Positions 38,260 through 51,471 of a DNA stretch of 64,000 bases are shown here, piece after piece; positions within the stretch are counted from its first letter, which is position 1; each line of letters starts with the position of its first letter. Made by a program: the position numbers and the translations under genes. Source of the stretch: Gracilinanus agilis. Taxonomy: Eukaryota. The notes beneath the pieces are model-generated. The model did no database searches. It was not told where the DNA came from and saw nothing but the letters and a program-made list of their open reading frames with translations. The stretch covers positions 649,109,001 to 649,173,000 of the forward strand of contig NC_058130.1 of the NCBI RefSeq assembly GCF_016433145.1, in the 5' to 3' direction.

Positions 38260-38970
38260 GTGTCCATATTTCAAAGAAATGGAAATCAAGTAGATGTTTA
38301 TCAATTTAAGAATGGCTACATACATTATAATACATAAACATAAGAGAATATCACTATACAACAAGCATAAGAATTAAGAGAAACATGGATATTCTTAGGT
38401 CAGAGGATCACAGATTTGGAAATAGTAAGGATCATAGAAGCTTTATGATCCATCCTTCCATTTCTTGTTTTACAAGTAATGAAAATGAGGCATTGATTAA
38501 ATGATTTCTTCAGTGTCACACAATGTCTTAGAAAGTATAGTAGATATTGAACTTTGGTCTTCTTGACTCAAAACCTGCAAAAGAGCCATAATGACAACAA
38601 ATTGCCTGAAGCAAATGGATGAATAGTAAGGGAAGCAAAAATAAGAAAACAGTATCATGCACAATATCTACACTATTGTAAAGGGGATTAATATTTAAAA
38701 TGAACATTGTGTTATTAGAATAACTGAAGCTGGTCTCTGAAGAATGAGGAAAAATAACTTTCTTCTCAAAGGTAGGGATTAATGGGTGAAATATTGTATA
38801 TACAGTCATGTCACGAATGTCTTAGTTCTTGCTGATTTTTTTCTTTCTCTTTAAATTATTGTATAAGAGGGAAAAGTTCTCTGGGTAGAGCAGGGGAAGG
38901 AATGATTTGTAAATAAATGTGATATTAAACCAGAAAGCAGAAATTTAAAAATAAGGTACAATTTAAGTGA
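38260..38970 (+). mobile_element. Old marsupial L1 3' fragment interrupted by an inverted MIR (~38395-38600)
   Basis: ggaaatcaagtagatgtttatcaatttaagaatggcta ... aataagaaaacagtatcatgcacaat ... ggaaggaatgatttgtaaataaatgtgatatt. Confidence 0.65.
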
Positions 38971-41459
38971 AAAAAAATTATAAATGTCCCTATGAGTAGT
39001 GATATTGATCCTTACCAACCACCACAAAAATATTAACTACATGGATAAATGCCAGCATCCCTTTATACCAAGCAGGTGCTTCTACACATAAAATGACAAT
39101 CAGAATTTAAAAGAAAAGTCTTAATAGTTAGCAGGCTTAACATTTTTCAGGAATAACTTCATAATGCAGAAACTTGCCATCATTTTTCTCTCATATTGCA
39201 CATTGATTTGTCAGGTAATAAAGTCTTTAAAATTAAACGTCATTCCAGCAAAGCTTCTCTCCTCTGTGTTCTGATTTTCTGCCATATTTCTCTTTTATGT
39301 AAGTGGTGACCTTTATTTATGTTTCTTCCTTTCTAGGAATGAGACCCCTTTATTTTCTGCCTTCCTTTTCTGCAATTTTTTATTGATTTTATAGATGTTC
39401 CTTCCACTAATTCAGCTGCATCTGCTTTCAGTAAGACTCATTGAAATGGTAAAGGATTGGTTTCCCTTGTTTCAGCAATATGGCCTTACGCAGTGGAATG
39501 TACAATAAGTTTGTAACATTTGCAGACATAAAACTGTCAGAAAGTTCAACATTATTGTATAACAAACATTCCAGAGGATTATATGTTAGGAAGATCTAAC
39601 TTCCCCATCCCCACCCCCCAACCCCAACAATGTCTCTTGAATAATTTTCATTGAGAACACCCAGAGTCCACATAGGAGGAGCAGTTTAAGGAGAAAAGAG
39701 GAATTCAAATCCCAAGAGGTAAGGGATAATGACTTCTGACACATTATAAATGAAATTAATCCTCCTTTTTACATTCTCACTTTGATCAAAGACACCACAG
39801 ATTCTTGGCATTGTTTCTTCTGGTACAAAGAAGATGGTACAACATACAACACCCAGTGATGCTTGTTTGTCCTGGAGAGCTGTAGCAAAGGAGCCTAATT
39901 TTCATAACAAAGAAGTGTTCTTACCACTAAGCACAAAAGCCTTGAACTACTAGGAAGAAGTCTTAAAATACCTACTGCCAGGACTACACCTTCCCATAGG
40001 AAAGTTAAACAAGCAAACAAGCAAATTAATTGAAAAAAAGAAACAAGCAAGCAAATAGATTGACAAAAACCAACAAGCAAGCAAGCAAGTAGATGGATAA
40101 AATCAAAGAAAGGGAGGCAACTGAATAGGCAGGCAGCTTGCTTTAGCAGAAAAATGGAGAAAGATCTGAGTTCAAATTCTTTCTGTTCAGCCTATTTTGC
40201 CTTTGTTTCTTTATCCATAGAAGCAGGGGTTGGATAACAGGAGTTTTAAGATCTCTTGACTCCCTAAGTGCCTGATCGCATTAATACCTTCTTGAGATGA
40301 CCACTTGTTTGATCTGTAATAAATGTGAATTCCTTCCTTCCTTTGTATTGGGAAGGGGATTCCTGAAAAGCTTTAGGATGCACTAGGTGGCCAAAAAAGT
40401 TCCTTCCAGCTGAGAAATTCTGTGATTCTGGGGCATGCAGAGAGCCTTGAGGGTCATGTATTGGCTATTGTCCTGTCTGGGAGGGAGGAAACAAGCATTT
40501 ATTAAATGCATAGAACATGACAAGCCCCTCTGCTAAATGCTTTACAAATATTATCTCATTTGATTAGAAATAAACAGACCTGAATTTTGCTTCTAACCTT
40601 TGACCAAAAATGCAATTTGATTCAAAAAGCATTTATCAAGATGTGCTGTGTACTGAGATTTGCAACCAAAATGACAAACTGTTCCTGCCCTCAAAGAGTT
40701 TAATGGAAAAATAGTGGTAGAAAAGACCATTTTTTTCTCTCTCTCTTTAGCCCATTGTACAAAAGTGATAGCTCTCTAGAGAGAGCAAGGAAAGGAATGA
40801 ATATATAAATAAATGTGATATAAAAACAGAGCATCAATAAAAAATAAGGTACAATTTAAAATTTTGGAAAAAAATCCTTCTTTAACTTTTCCAAATAGCA
40901 TCAGAAATTATTATTTCTCTCCAAACTGCCTAGGGTTAATAAAAAAGCTTAATTTGGCAAATATGGATAAAGCAATTTAAGCCTTTCAAAATATAACATA
41001 AATATAATCATGTTAGTAAATTCTCTGTTTCTCTATTAGATAATAGTAAATCATTTTCTAGCTCTCTTTGGACAGTGATTATTGCCTTCAATGATAATTT
41101 TTTTTCCGGAAAAGAATTTGTATTATATTTCATTTTGTTACTAATGCTGAACAAATTAAGCAATCTCTCCTTATGTATCTCAAAGTTAATACTATAGCCA
41201 TTGGAAGGAAGTCTACAGTTACTGGGAATCTTCAGATGGAAAAAAGAAAGAAAGAAAGAAAATTAGTGAGAATAAATAGATACTGAATAAAGAATGAAGC
41301 AGGAAATACAGGTACTTTATTTCCATTCCTAATTCATGGTAAAAAATAAACAACTTAATTCAAATCTTAAATATTTTCTAAATTTTCAATCCAAGTTGAT
41401 TTTATTCAACTAGAATAAGGGCGTTCATCACAGCCCTCAATACAATAGATATTTGATGT

Positions 41460-42000
41460 AAAATTCAAAGAAGAAGTAGCTGTACTGGGAATGGTGGGCC
41501 ATGCCTAGGGACAGGGGAGCTAATAAGGCTGGTTGATTGTTTGAGTTTGGGAATGTTGATCTGTAATTAAGTGTTCACACTAAATGCAATACTAATATGG
41601 TAAGGTATTCTCAGGGAGTAGAGTGTCATAAAACTGCCTAAGGAGCAGAAAACTGGTCAAGGTAGAAAAGCGAAGCAGATTAAAGTTTCCATTCCAATCA
41701 GTATTGGGAATGTCCAATGTCCTTTTAGCTTGGGCAAACTAGGGAAGACCAAGTCTCAAAAAAGAAATGTAGTTCCCAGAGGGAGGACATGGTCAACAGA
41801 GTCAAAAGCAGGGGGAGGGAAAAAATAAGAAGGCTAGGAACAAAGAAAAAGACCAATGACTTTCCAATCAAGAGGTCATTAATGACCCTAGAAAAAATAT
41901 GCCTCAGGGCTACCTCAAATAACAAAAATTATACATACACATTAAGCAAAAATTTATTCATCTTATGGCATCATAAATATGGGGCTAGACTTGGGTAAGC
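41460..42000 (-). mobile_element. L2 fragment
   Basis: catggtcaacagagtcaaaagcagggg ... caatcaagaggtcattaatgacccta. Confidence 0.7.
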
Positions 42001-43994
42001 TTAACTTGAATGGGAAACCCACCAGCACGTGTGACCATAAATAAGTCAGTTAAATTCTTTGAGCTTCAACTTTCTCATCTGTAACACTGGTATAATACTA
42101 ATAATACAAATGTATAAATCTCTCTCTCTATATATATACACAGATATGTTTATATTTATATGTGTGTTTGTGTGTGTGTCTCTTTCCTTATTATAATATA
42201 CATATATAAATATAGTGCTTAATTAACATCAGTTTTTACATCCAATATGTTATTTAAATTATGTAAGTTAGGGGTTTCCTTCACCCCATGTTGTGGATGC
42301 CTTAGAAGTTCAATTGCAAGAAAGCGAATCAAGGCATAGAATGAACAATTCCAATGAAGAAGAATCCTGTTCTCTTCCAGTTAAGGAGTTTCTCAACTGT
42401 TAAAGTGCTAAAATCCTATTTCCCATTTTCAGGTTTGATAAATGGATTTTTCTCTTTCCAACTGGGCTATATCTACTACTAGAGATGACTGAGAACTGAA
42501 GGATTTGAGAAGATCCTGGCATATTGTGTTCTATAGTGGTGAAGAGTTTAATTAACAAAAAGGTGTTAAATAAGCCCTCCAGAGAAAAATTAATCCATTT
42601 ACTTCTTTCACACCATGATGAACGTGTAAATATATATTTTATGATAGCATATGTACAACTATTTATCATGTTACCTGCTCTCTTGAGGAGAGGTAGTTGT
42701 AGGAAAGAGGGACAGAACACAGATCACAAAATATCAGAAAACAGTTATGAAAAATTATATCAACATGTAAATTTTTAAATTAGTCCCAGTTTATATAGAG
42801 TATTCCAAAAGTGAATGCAGTTTTGAGGTATTAAAGCTTAATTCTTGAATGATCTGTCTGTTTTAAGCTATTAAAGAGTTTTAAGATTTAATAGTTTTAA
42901 GCTATTAAAGCTCAATATTGCAATAAGACCTTTAGAATACTCTCTATAAGCGTAATTTTCCAGTATTCCTTCATAATGGATAGTGTCATTTAAGAGACAC
43001 GATTAGCCAAAACATCTTGAGGGCTAGCACCCAAAAATAGGGGATGCCTTTTCCTCTAGTGAAAAAGTCAGCAGGTCACTTTTCTTTCCAAACAATTTCT
43101 GAACTTAGTACTACTTCATTTGGCTGCCTTAAGAATAGTGTCCTTAATTCCTGCTTGAGAAAGTGAAGGGTAAGGATTAAAGTTTTTTTTTTTTTTAATC
43201 CTAGACACACTCTGACCTGCAAAAACCTACTCTGTTAACTCATAAAAAAGCTTTCCAGTCTATTTGCCTTAATGGACTTAGAAAAAGTATTTTCCATATT
43301 AAATGTCTAGTGAAATCTGTCACAAATGAATGCAATATTGTAAGTAAAGGATGCTTCCAAGAACCCATAGAATACTGCTACAGGATCACATTTATCTGGA
43401 AATTAATGCAAAATTTAAAAATAAAATGTTTGCTTGTAATGACATTTTACACAAAACAGAGCTTCATATCAGCTCATACTTAAAAAAAAATCCGTATGTT
43501 AATACACATTCTGTGTTGGCCTAAAGGCAGCCTGAAGCAATGGATAGAGTTTCCATTAAAGTTGGGTTTAATTCCAAGTGATGGCAAATATTAGTTGTGT
43601 GATTCTGGGCAAGTCTTTTAACTTATCACTGCCTTAGGTAGTTCTCTAAGACTACAACATGCATAGAAACACTGTCTTGGTAGAAAGATTGTTCCTATCT
43701 GGGAGCAATCTGTGCCAATGAAATCATGAGTAGAGTTTTCCTTAACTGGACTAAAGGAGTACAGAAAAATGAGTTTGGAACCAAAGCACCTGCATTCAAA
43801 TCCCATCTCAGATGCTTCTTTTTTAAAGTCTCATCTTGGACAAATCACTTCGCTTGTTTGGGACTCCATTTTCTCATTTATAAAATGAAAGCTTTGGATT
43901 TAATGACTTCTGAAGCTCCAGCCACCTCTAAATTAAAAGTTTTATCCCAATATGATGATTTTTTGGTTCTGAGGTAAGGCAGGTAATGGCTCTT

Positions 43995-44145
43995 TCTAGT
44001 TATTTTTTATTTTAATTTTTTTTACACTTACTTTCTGTTTTAGTATCAGTTCTACAACAGATGAGTGATAGGGCTAGGAAGCTGGGGTTAAGGGATTTGC
44101 CTAATGTCAGGGAGTTAGGAAGTATTTGAGGCCAGATTTGTGGCT
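43995..44145 (-). mobile_element. Older didelphid tRNA-SINE (SINE1/SINE2_MD-like), partial
   Basis: cttactttctgttttagtatcagttctacaacagatgagtgatagggctagg ... ggggttaagggatttgcc ... tgaggccagatttg. Confidence 0.7.
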
Positions 44146-44290
44146 AGTAGTTCAAATGTTCATATGAATCCCATTCAATAGACATTTAATAAGGAAGGGC
44201 CTTGACTCTGTCTTGGGAATATGTACTACTGTAGTTGGATGAAGCTGCCAACACATCTCCTTGTCTTTGTCTTTGTCTTTGTCTTCCCAT

Positions 44291-44530
44291 GTTGTTGTGT
44301 CCAACTCTTTGTGACCCTGTGGGCCATAGCATGCCAGTACTGTCCATGGGGTTTTCTTGGCAAAGACAGGGTGGTTTGACATGTCCTTCTCTATTGAATT
44401 AAGACAAACAGAAGTTAAGTGACTTGCTCAGAGTCCCACAGGTAGGAAATGTTTGAGGTCAGATTTGAATTTAGGAAGATAAGTCTTCTTCACTCCAGGC
44501 TTTGCACATTATCCACTTTGCCACCTAACT
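44291..44530 (-). mobile_element. Mar1-type CORE-SINE next to a (TCTTTG)n tract
   Basis: gtccaactctttgtgacc ... ccatggggttttcttggcaaaga ... ggaagataagtcttc ... tatccactttgccaccta. Confidence 0.85.
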
Positions 44531-44689
44531 ATCACAACTATGTTTGAAAAAGCTTTTTATCAGAAAGTTGACAACAGGTGGTAGATATTTTTTTCAGTCA
44601 TGGCAATTCAAGAAGACCGTCTTTCCAATGTGGAGAGAGGTTTTAATTTGTCAGACCGGTGAATTTCAGGTCTTTGAAGAAAAGAAGTA

Positions 44690-45110
44690 CAATCTTTAAA
44701 TGATAGCATATGAGTTCCAAATAAGTATAGACAAGAATTACTAGGAGTTCATCAGAAAAAGAAATTGCTACAGGCTGGGCTGGGTTGAGGTTTTGCAAAG
44801 TAGTTAAAACTAAGCTGAAATATGAAGGATGAAAAATTGTAGTTGGATAGACAGAGATAAATGCAATGAACATCCCAGGCAAAAGGAATAAAGGGACAGA
44901 GTTCAAAATAAACATTTCACATCTGGAAGACAATAAGTAGCTCAGTCTGGCTAGAGCTGAGAATTTATGAAGGGTAGTGACAAATATCATTACTAGCATA
45001 AATTTGATTTAGCTTATAGAAGGCCTTGAATGACAAGCCAAGGAGAACAGATTTTATTCTATTGAGAAGAGATGGGCTGTAGGCTTAGAGAACTGCCTTT
45101 GGGTTTTCTT
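44690..45110 (-). mobile_element. L2 fragment
   Basis: gtagctcagtctggctagagc ... gaaggccttgaatgacaagccaaggag. Confidence 0.7.
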
Positions 45111-46249
45111 TGAACCACAAGAACTACTTCAATTTTTTAAAACTTTATGCAATGGGAAATTTTCCTTTTAAAATATCAACATGTGATTTGTGGCACATTG
45201 CGTCTGGGAAATATAATATTTCCTTGCTTATTGAACTTTGGGATTAAGAAATTTCCAATTTTGGAACATATTTTTCCAACTGTTCCAGAAGATCAGCTGC
45301 AAGTTTCTTTTATTGGAATGCCTAGCAATCTCCAGCGCTATTGAAATGTCTAATGATCTCCAGCACTTAGCTTCACAGCACAGCTCATCCTTGCTTGTCC
45401 AAATGATTACAAAAATGGCCCATTTATAGCATCTAATGAAGTGTGAGGGCAAACCTTAAATGATGCAGGAATCCACCCCAAATCTTTCCTTACATGAATA
45501 TAAAAAGAAAACATTTGTTTCATTTCACCAAATGCAGTTTTGCAAGGGGCTCTTCTATTTCCTTTGGAAAAAAAAAAGAATTCCAAATATATAACCAAAT
45601 GTGTCTTTTATGTATTACATTTTGCTTTTCATTCCAAAATAACTATGATAAACATCTTGGAAAGTCTTTTGACAACTTTTCAAAATGAACTGACTGAATC
45701 ATATCCCCTGATACATTAACACATTGATATAAACATATCGGAAAGGCCACAGAATTCAACAATGATTCAGATAAGTATTGAAAGCTTTTGGTTACCTAAA
45801 AAATTCAACTAGATTTATTTTCAATGAACTGTTTCCAGTCTGAAGGGGAAATAAATATGGCTACCATTCTGTTAGAGGAAATTATAGTTACAGTTATATC
45901 TTATTCTAATCAAATATAATAAATTAAAATGAAAAAGCTCCAAAACAAAGATGATCAAAATCGGGTTTTTCCAGTTGGCAAGTTAGGTTTCCTAAATCTC
46001 ACAGGCTTACTTGCCTATCCATAGAAATGAACCAGGGTTCCTTAAGGCAAACTTTCAAGTTTGCCCACTAGATTGCTAAAGCTGAAAAGATAATGTTCTC
46101 AAATTGTCCCCCAAATTGATGAATTCAATTGTGCTAGCCATTACTGATTCAGCCACAATCATTTCATGCAATCATCATCTTACCAAAATCAAATGGACAT
46201 TTCAGTAATGTTGATAGTCTGAATAATGTGAACCACAAAACTAGCACTC

Positions 46250-46620
46250 GTTCATAAGAGATTTGAGATTGATTTCAATTCAGTTTAATAAATAATTATC
46301 TATGATATTTCAAATAATACACTAAGCACATACAATACAAAGGAAAAAAAAATGAAAACAGTTCCTGCTTTCAAGAAGTTTACATTCTGCTGAGAGAAGA
46401 TACCATATGCACAGAGTAGTCTCTATCAATACAAAGTTATCGGCAAAGTAAAAAATGGGGTCACTAATAATTGGAGAAATCAGGAATGGCTTCTTGAACA
46501 TGATGACACTGAATTAAACTTTGGAGCAAGATAGATATTTCAAGAATGACAGATAAGTGAGGAGGGTGAGCATGGAACTAGACATGGGAAAAATCTGTTC
46601 AAAGTTATAGCTGAATGACT
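46250..46620 (-). mobile_element. L2 3' fragment
   Basis: cagttcctgctttcaagaagtttacattctgctgag ... atcaggaatggcttcttgaaca. Confidence 0.7.
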
Positions 46621-47187
46621 TTAAATTGACTCTCCACATTCTGGAGAACATTTCCTTAGCTTTTCTATTTTTTTTTGCCTAAAATGTCTTAATCTCTTTG
46701 GCAAATAGCAAAGTAAAGGGCAGAATATGTGTATCTATAGATTAGTAGGTTAAAGTCTTGGAACACTTGCTCTGGACTTTGAGACTTACCGAAGGTCACA
46801 GGGCTAAGAAAGATGCAGAGTAAGAATATGAATTCCCATCTTTCTGAGCTCCATATTTAATCCTCTGGACACTAACAATGAATCTCATATGCTTTTCTTT
46901 TTTGTAATCCCAGTGTTAGAATAGTAACTGGCATAAAGTAGATGCTTCACAAATGCTTAATGTAGCATTTTGTACTATTTAAGTAGTGTAAACATTAGTT
47001 TCTAATAAGGGAGATTTAATGTATCAAAGAATAATAGATAATTCTCCCAAACTCTTCCATCTCCAATGGACCTCAGGCCACATAAGCTAAACCTGCATTG
47101 AGCCTGTCTTACATAAATGCATGCAAAAAACCCATCGGTACATCAAAACTAGTAGAAATTTTTAAGTTCAATTAGTTACCAGGTGTA

Positions 47188-47428
47188 TTGTTCAGTCATT
47201 TTCAACCATGTTCAACTCTCCGTGATCTCATTTGGAGTTTTCTTAGAAAAGATACTAGAGTGATTTGCCAATTCCTTCTCCAGCTCATTTTATAGATGAG
47301 GAAACAGAGGCAAAGAGGGGTATGTGACTTTCTTAGAATCATGCAGTTAAGCAGCTTTGGCCAGATGTGAACTCAGGAAAATAAGTCTTCTTGACTACAG
47401 ATCCAGCACTCTACCCACTTGTACCACC
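47188..47428 (-). mobile_element. Mar1 CORE-SINE
   Basis: ttgttcagtcattttc ... tggagttttcttagaaaagatactagagtgatttgccaattccttctccagctcattttatagatgagg. Confidence 0.87.
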
Positions 47429-47699
47429 CACAAATACTGTCTCTAAACAATTAAAGTGATCACATTATTTTCACACTGAATTTACTTTATTCCCTTTCTG
47501 TCTCTCTGTTTGTCTCTCCATCTCTTCATTACTGTCTCTCTATGTCTCTCTCTGTCTGTCTCTCTACACAGCTAACATGAATTTCCATTTTTGAAATGTT
47601 TTTTCTATTTTTTTCTTTTTCCCAACATAGGTCTTTTAAGTCTAAAAATGACCCTCTGCTTTATTAAGAGCAATTAAAAATATATAGTTTTGTTAAAAA

Positions 47700-47940
47700 T
47701 AATAATAGTACTTGTATAGTGCTTTGAATTTCAGAAAGCATTTTGCATATTTTATTGCACTTAATACTCACAAAATCTTGTTTGGCAGGCATATTACTGT
47801 CCCCATTTTATAACTGAGGAAACAAAAACTAATAGAAGTTAAGTAATTTTTATAGTCTTACACAGCCCCTACAAATTTAAGGTAGTATTTGAACATGGGT
47901 TTTTATGGTTTCAATAATAGTACCCTATTCATTATACTAC
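47700..47940 (-). mobile_element. MIR SINE
   Basis: tccccattttataactgaggaaac ... gtatttgaacatggg. Confidence 0.7.
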
Positions 47941-48889
47941 CTTAATATTTTCACATAGTAAACTCATATGAAAACAAATTCAATCCTCCTTTCCTATAGC
48001 TCTCACATTAAAAAAATATCTCCTCAAAAGCCCAGTTAGGGAAAAAAAATAATCCATAATTCTAGCTATCATAGCTGGGGTTTCTTCTCTAAGAAATTTA
48101 ATTGAGTCCTATCATTTATAAAAGGAAGGCATTTTGTTTAATGTATTTTTTCCTCTGGCAAAAATTCCATTAGTAATATATTAACCTCCTGTAAAATAAT
48201 CGGTTTAAATACTATGTTGGATGGATTTCTCCTAATTTTCAGGTAAACGTGAACTCTATCCAAGAAGAGATTTAAGAATAGTTCATTCCTGAGTACTCCT
48301 GGTTTCCCAGTACATTAATTTCATCTCCTAGTGGGCAAATTTTTATTTTATGTCACTGGCCAGATGGCTCCTGGCTCTACTTCTGATTTTATTGGAAATC
48401 TTCTCATTTGGCTGTGGTAAGCTTCAATGAACTTATTTTTATCAACCTTGATTCCCATAATTAGTCAGTCAGGAAGATCCAGGACAAACAAAAATTCCTA
48501 GTAAAACACTAAAGGAGGAAAAGAATGGACTCCAAATCAGCAGGCCTTAAAGTCCATGCTATGCATACTCAGGAAGTCTTGAACACAGCTGTGTTGTTAA
48601 ATGATGATAGATAGGCAAATATTTGCTGCCCCAGAGACTCCCAAGGATTACCTGACGTTTCCTGACCCTGTGAGTCACAGCTCAGTCCCTAAGTCACTGA
48701 ATCTCTTAGAAGATGATGACTGGTTATCAATTATATATTCTGTGGGGGCCCTGCTTACTCACTAATTACCCCAGATAATGCTCTCATGGCACTATCCACC
48801 TGTACCCAGATGAGAAGGAACCTCATCATCTTCCTTTATTTTTTGTTCCTACTAAGATAAGTCTGAAAAGGTAGCTTGAGTTTTTATAT

Positions 48890-49400
48890 TAGCATAAAAG
48901 TGGAAACAGAATGGGTGTCCCAAAGTTGAGGGGATGATGGTTAAATAAATTTGATAAATGAACATAGCAGAATATTATTGCACTATAAAATACAAATATA
49001 GTAATCTAGAGTAATATAGGAAGACTTGTATGAAGTGATATAGAATGAAATAACCTGAAGAAGAAAAACAATATAGATTATATATAATGCATTAGAAGTT
49101 TAGGAAACAAAGTTTCATGTTGTATTATTATAAGGCCCAAAATGGAACCAGATAAGAAATAAGGAAACTTGCCAAGATTTCTAATAAAGTTAAAAATAGA
49201 ATGCTTTGCTACAGAAGTTAGGTGACAATGGATTCACAATGATGTATATCCAATTAAGCTCAGATTATTTGTTTTGTTGTTTTTGCTTAATTTCTCTTCT
49301 TCTTAATAAAAAGGTAAGATTCCCTGATGTATGCGGATAAGGGAGAGAAGTAATGTATTGAGACATTTGGAAATGTTAAGACAAAAGAAATCAATAAAAC
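48890..49400 (+). mobile_element. Old marsupial L1 3' fragment
   Basis: ggttaaataaatttgataaatgaacatagcagaatattattgcactata ... ggaagacttgtatgaagtgatatagaatgaa ... acaaaagaaatcaataaaa. Confidence 0.7.
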
Positions 49401-51191
49401 TATAAACAAATAAAGTTGAGGTATAACCTGAAAATGAATTAAGGATCTCTCAAAGTCAGACAATAAATTTCAATCAATAACCATTTTTAAATGATTAATA
49501 TGTGCCAGACATTGTGCTAAATGTTGGGGATAAACAGAAAGGCTAAAGACCATCCCTACCTTCCTATCTAAGAGGGGAAGATGATGAGTGAAAAGAAGTT
49601 AAAAGGAGAGGTAGGTGAGGAGAGAGATAACCTGCACAGAGGCATGAGAAAATCCTATAGTCAGATGGCCAATGACGATATACCCTTCCCCCCTTCCTTA
49701 AATGGATGTGTTTCTCTCTGAGGTCTATCCTCCACGTGTCCTGTCTCTCTGTCCATCTGTATGTCTCTCACAAAAGGAGTATGTACTCATGTGCTAATTT
49801 GTTAATTTTTATGGAAAAAAATTTCACAGTTTAATTTACTTTGGGCATGGGTGGTATTAGACAAGCATAGTTTTGATCATCTCAGAACTTTTGTCTCTTT
49901 AATTCAGATCCACCTCTTAGGTTATACTGGTTTGAATTCTAGATAGAATTTTCTTGACTAAAAGGGGTTCAGTTCATACCATGGTAGTTATTGCATATGA
50001 TAGACCTTTTCTAAATATGGGGAAAATATATATAAATCATAATTCTGTAGCAATGATTATCAATTTTAATGCAGGAAGTGATAGAACTTTCATTTTCATC
50101 ATAACATTGTTTTATTAATTTTTTCAACATAGCAGAATACAAGAATACAGTGAGATTCAGGTAAACTACATATAATTATGAAAGAACATGAGTTGAATGG
50201 AAACACATGCAAGAACTTTATACTTGTCACAAGATCTGATATGATTTCACACATCATACACAGCAACAATATCCCCAGGCTTTCAATCTAATCATTCTAC
50301 TTCCTTCACAACTAAGCATGTGAGGGACAATTAGGCTACAGTGAAGACTCCACCTGTATATGTGTTTTTACCTCTCAGCCCCATAAATGAGAGAGAGAAA
50401 AAAAAAATCTTGCAACTCACAATCCTCACAGACTAAATTCACAAAGATGGAGGAAACTCAACTTTTAAAAAATCACAGAAACTATGATCTTGCCAAACTC
50501 TAAATAAAATTGTGAGGTCTACAAGTTTGCCTTCAAAGCAGTTAGCCTTCACTTTGTGTGTTCTTCCCATACTCCTTCCCAACAATCCCACCCCAATACA
50601 TAGTACTTCTATTTTGCTTCCCCTATTAGGGAAGAAAACAATTTGACCATATACAGAATCAAACAATGTTAGAATCCAATGATGGTAGCTTCAATGTCTC
50701 TTCAGTATTGATTCCATATCAACTTCAGAGCATATCATTATATGCTGAAATATCAGCTAGTCTAATTCCCTCATTTTAAAGATGAGCATAATCCGGGAAA
50801 GTTAAGTTTTTTGCCCAGCTCCAAAGCTAGTTGGGAAATCAGACACACTACTGTGACTAATTGAAAATATTATCTATCCAAGGAGAGTTTATATTTTTAA
50901 AAGAAATGTAGAGGGAGATAGAGAAACAAACTAAAAGAATGAAACTCTAGGGTCTGTGAAGGCAATGTTCGGGATGGGGAATTCTTTTGCAGATGCCCTT
51001 ATTATCTAATAGAAGATTGAGAGTTGTCTATGTTAGAGAAGGATCATGTCATGGTAGACAATGTACTGGGCCCAAAAGCAAGAAAACATGGGTTTCAATC
51101 CTATTGGGAGTACTTACTAGCTCTGTGACACAGAAAAGTAATTAAAACAGTTTCTTCATCTGCAAAATGGGGATCATAATAAAATCACCTA

Positions 51192-51471
51192 NNNNNNNNN
51201 NNNNNNNNNNNNNNNNNNNNNNNNNNNNNNNNNNNNNNNNNNNNNNNNNNNNNNNNNNNNNNNNNNNNNNNNNNNNNNNNNNNNNNNNNNNNNNNNNNNN
51301 NNNNNNNNNNNNNNNNNNNNNNNNNNNNNNNNNNNNNNNNNNNNNNNNNNNNNNNNNNNNNNNNNNNNNNNNNNNNNNNNNNNNNNNNNNNNNNNNNNNN
51401 NNNNNNNNNNNNNNNNNNNNNNNNNNNNNNNNNNNNNNNNNNNNNNNNNNNNNNNNNNNNNNNNNNNNNNN
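51192..51471. other. Assembly gap (280 N)
   Basis: Run of N. A MIR lies on the left and GAA/GAT low-complexity sequence on the right (51472-51565). Confidence 0.99.

Noticed and set aside
42860-42910. Three ~17-bp units (gttttaagctattaaag), and a 15-bp-period duplication at 20221-20247
   Set aside because: Ordinary slippage microduplications with no unique spacers; not CRISPR-like or otherwise structured.
45147-45688. Five overlapping short ORFs on both strands in unique DNA
   Set aside because: All are 63-74 aa, with no recognisable homology and no convincing splice-site pair. The region may be conserved non-coding DNA, but I cannot support coding.
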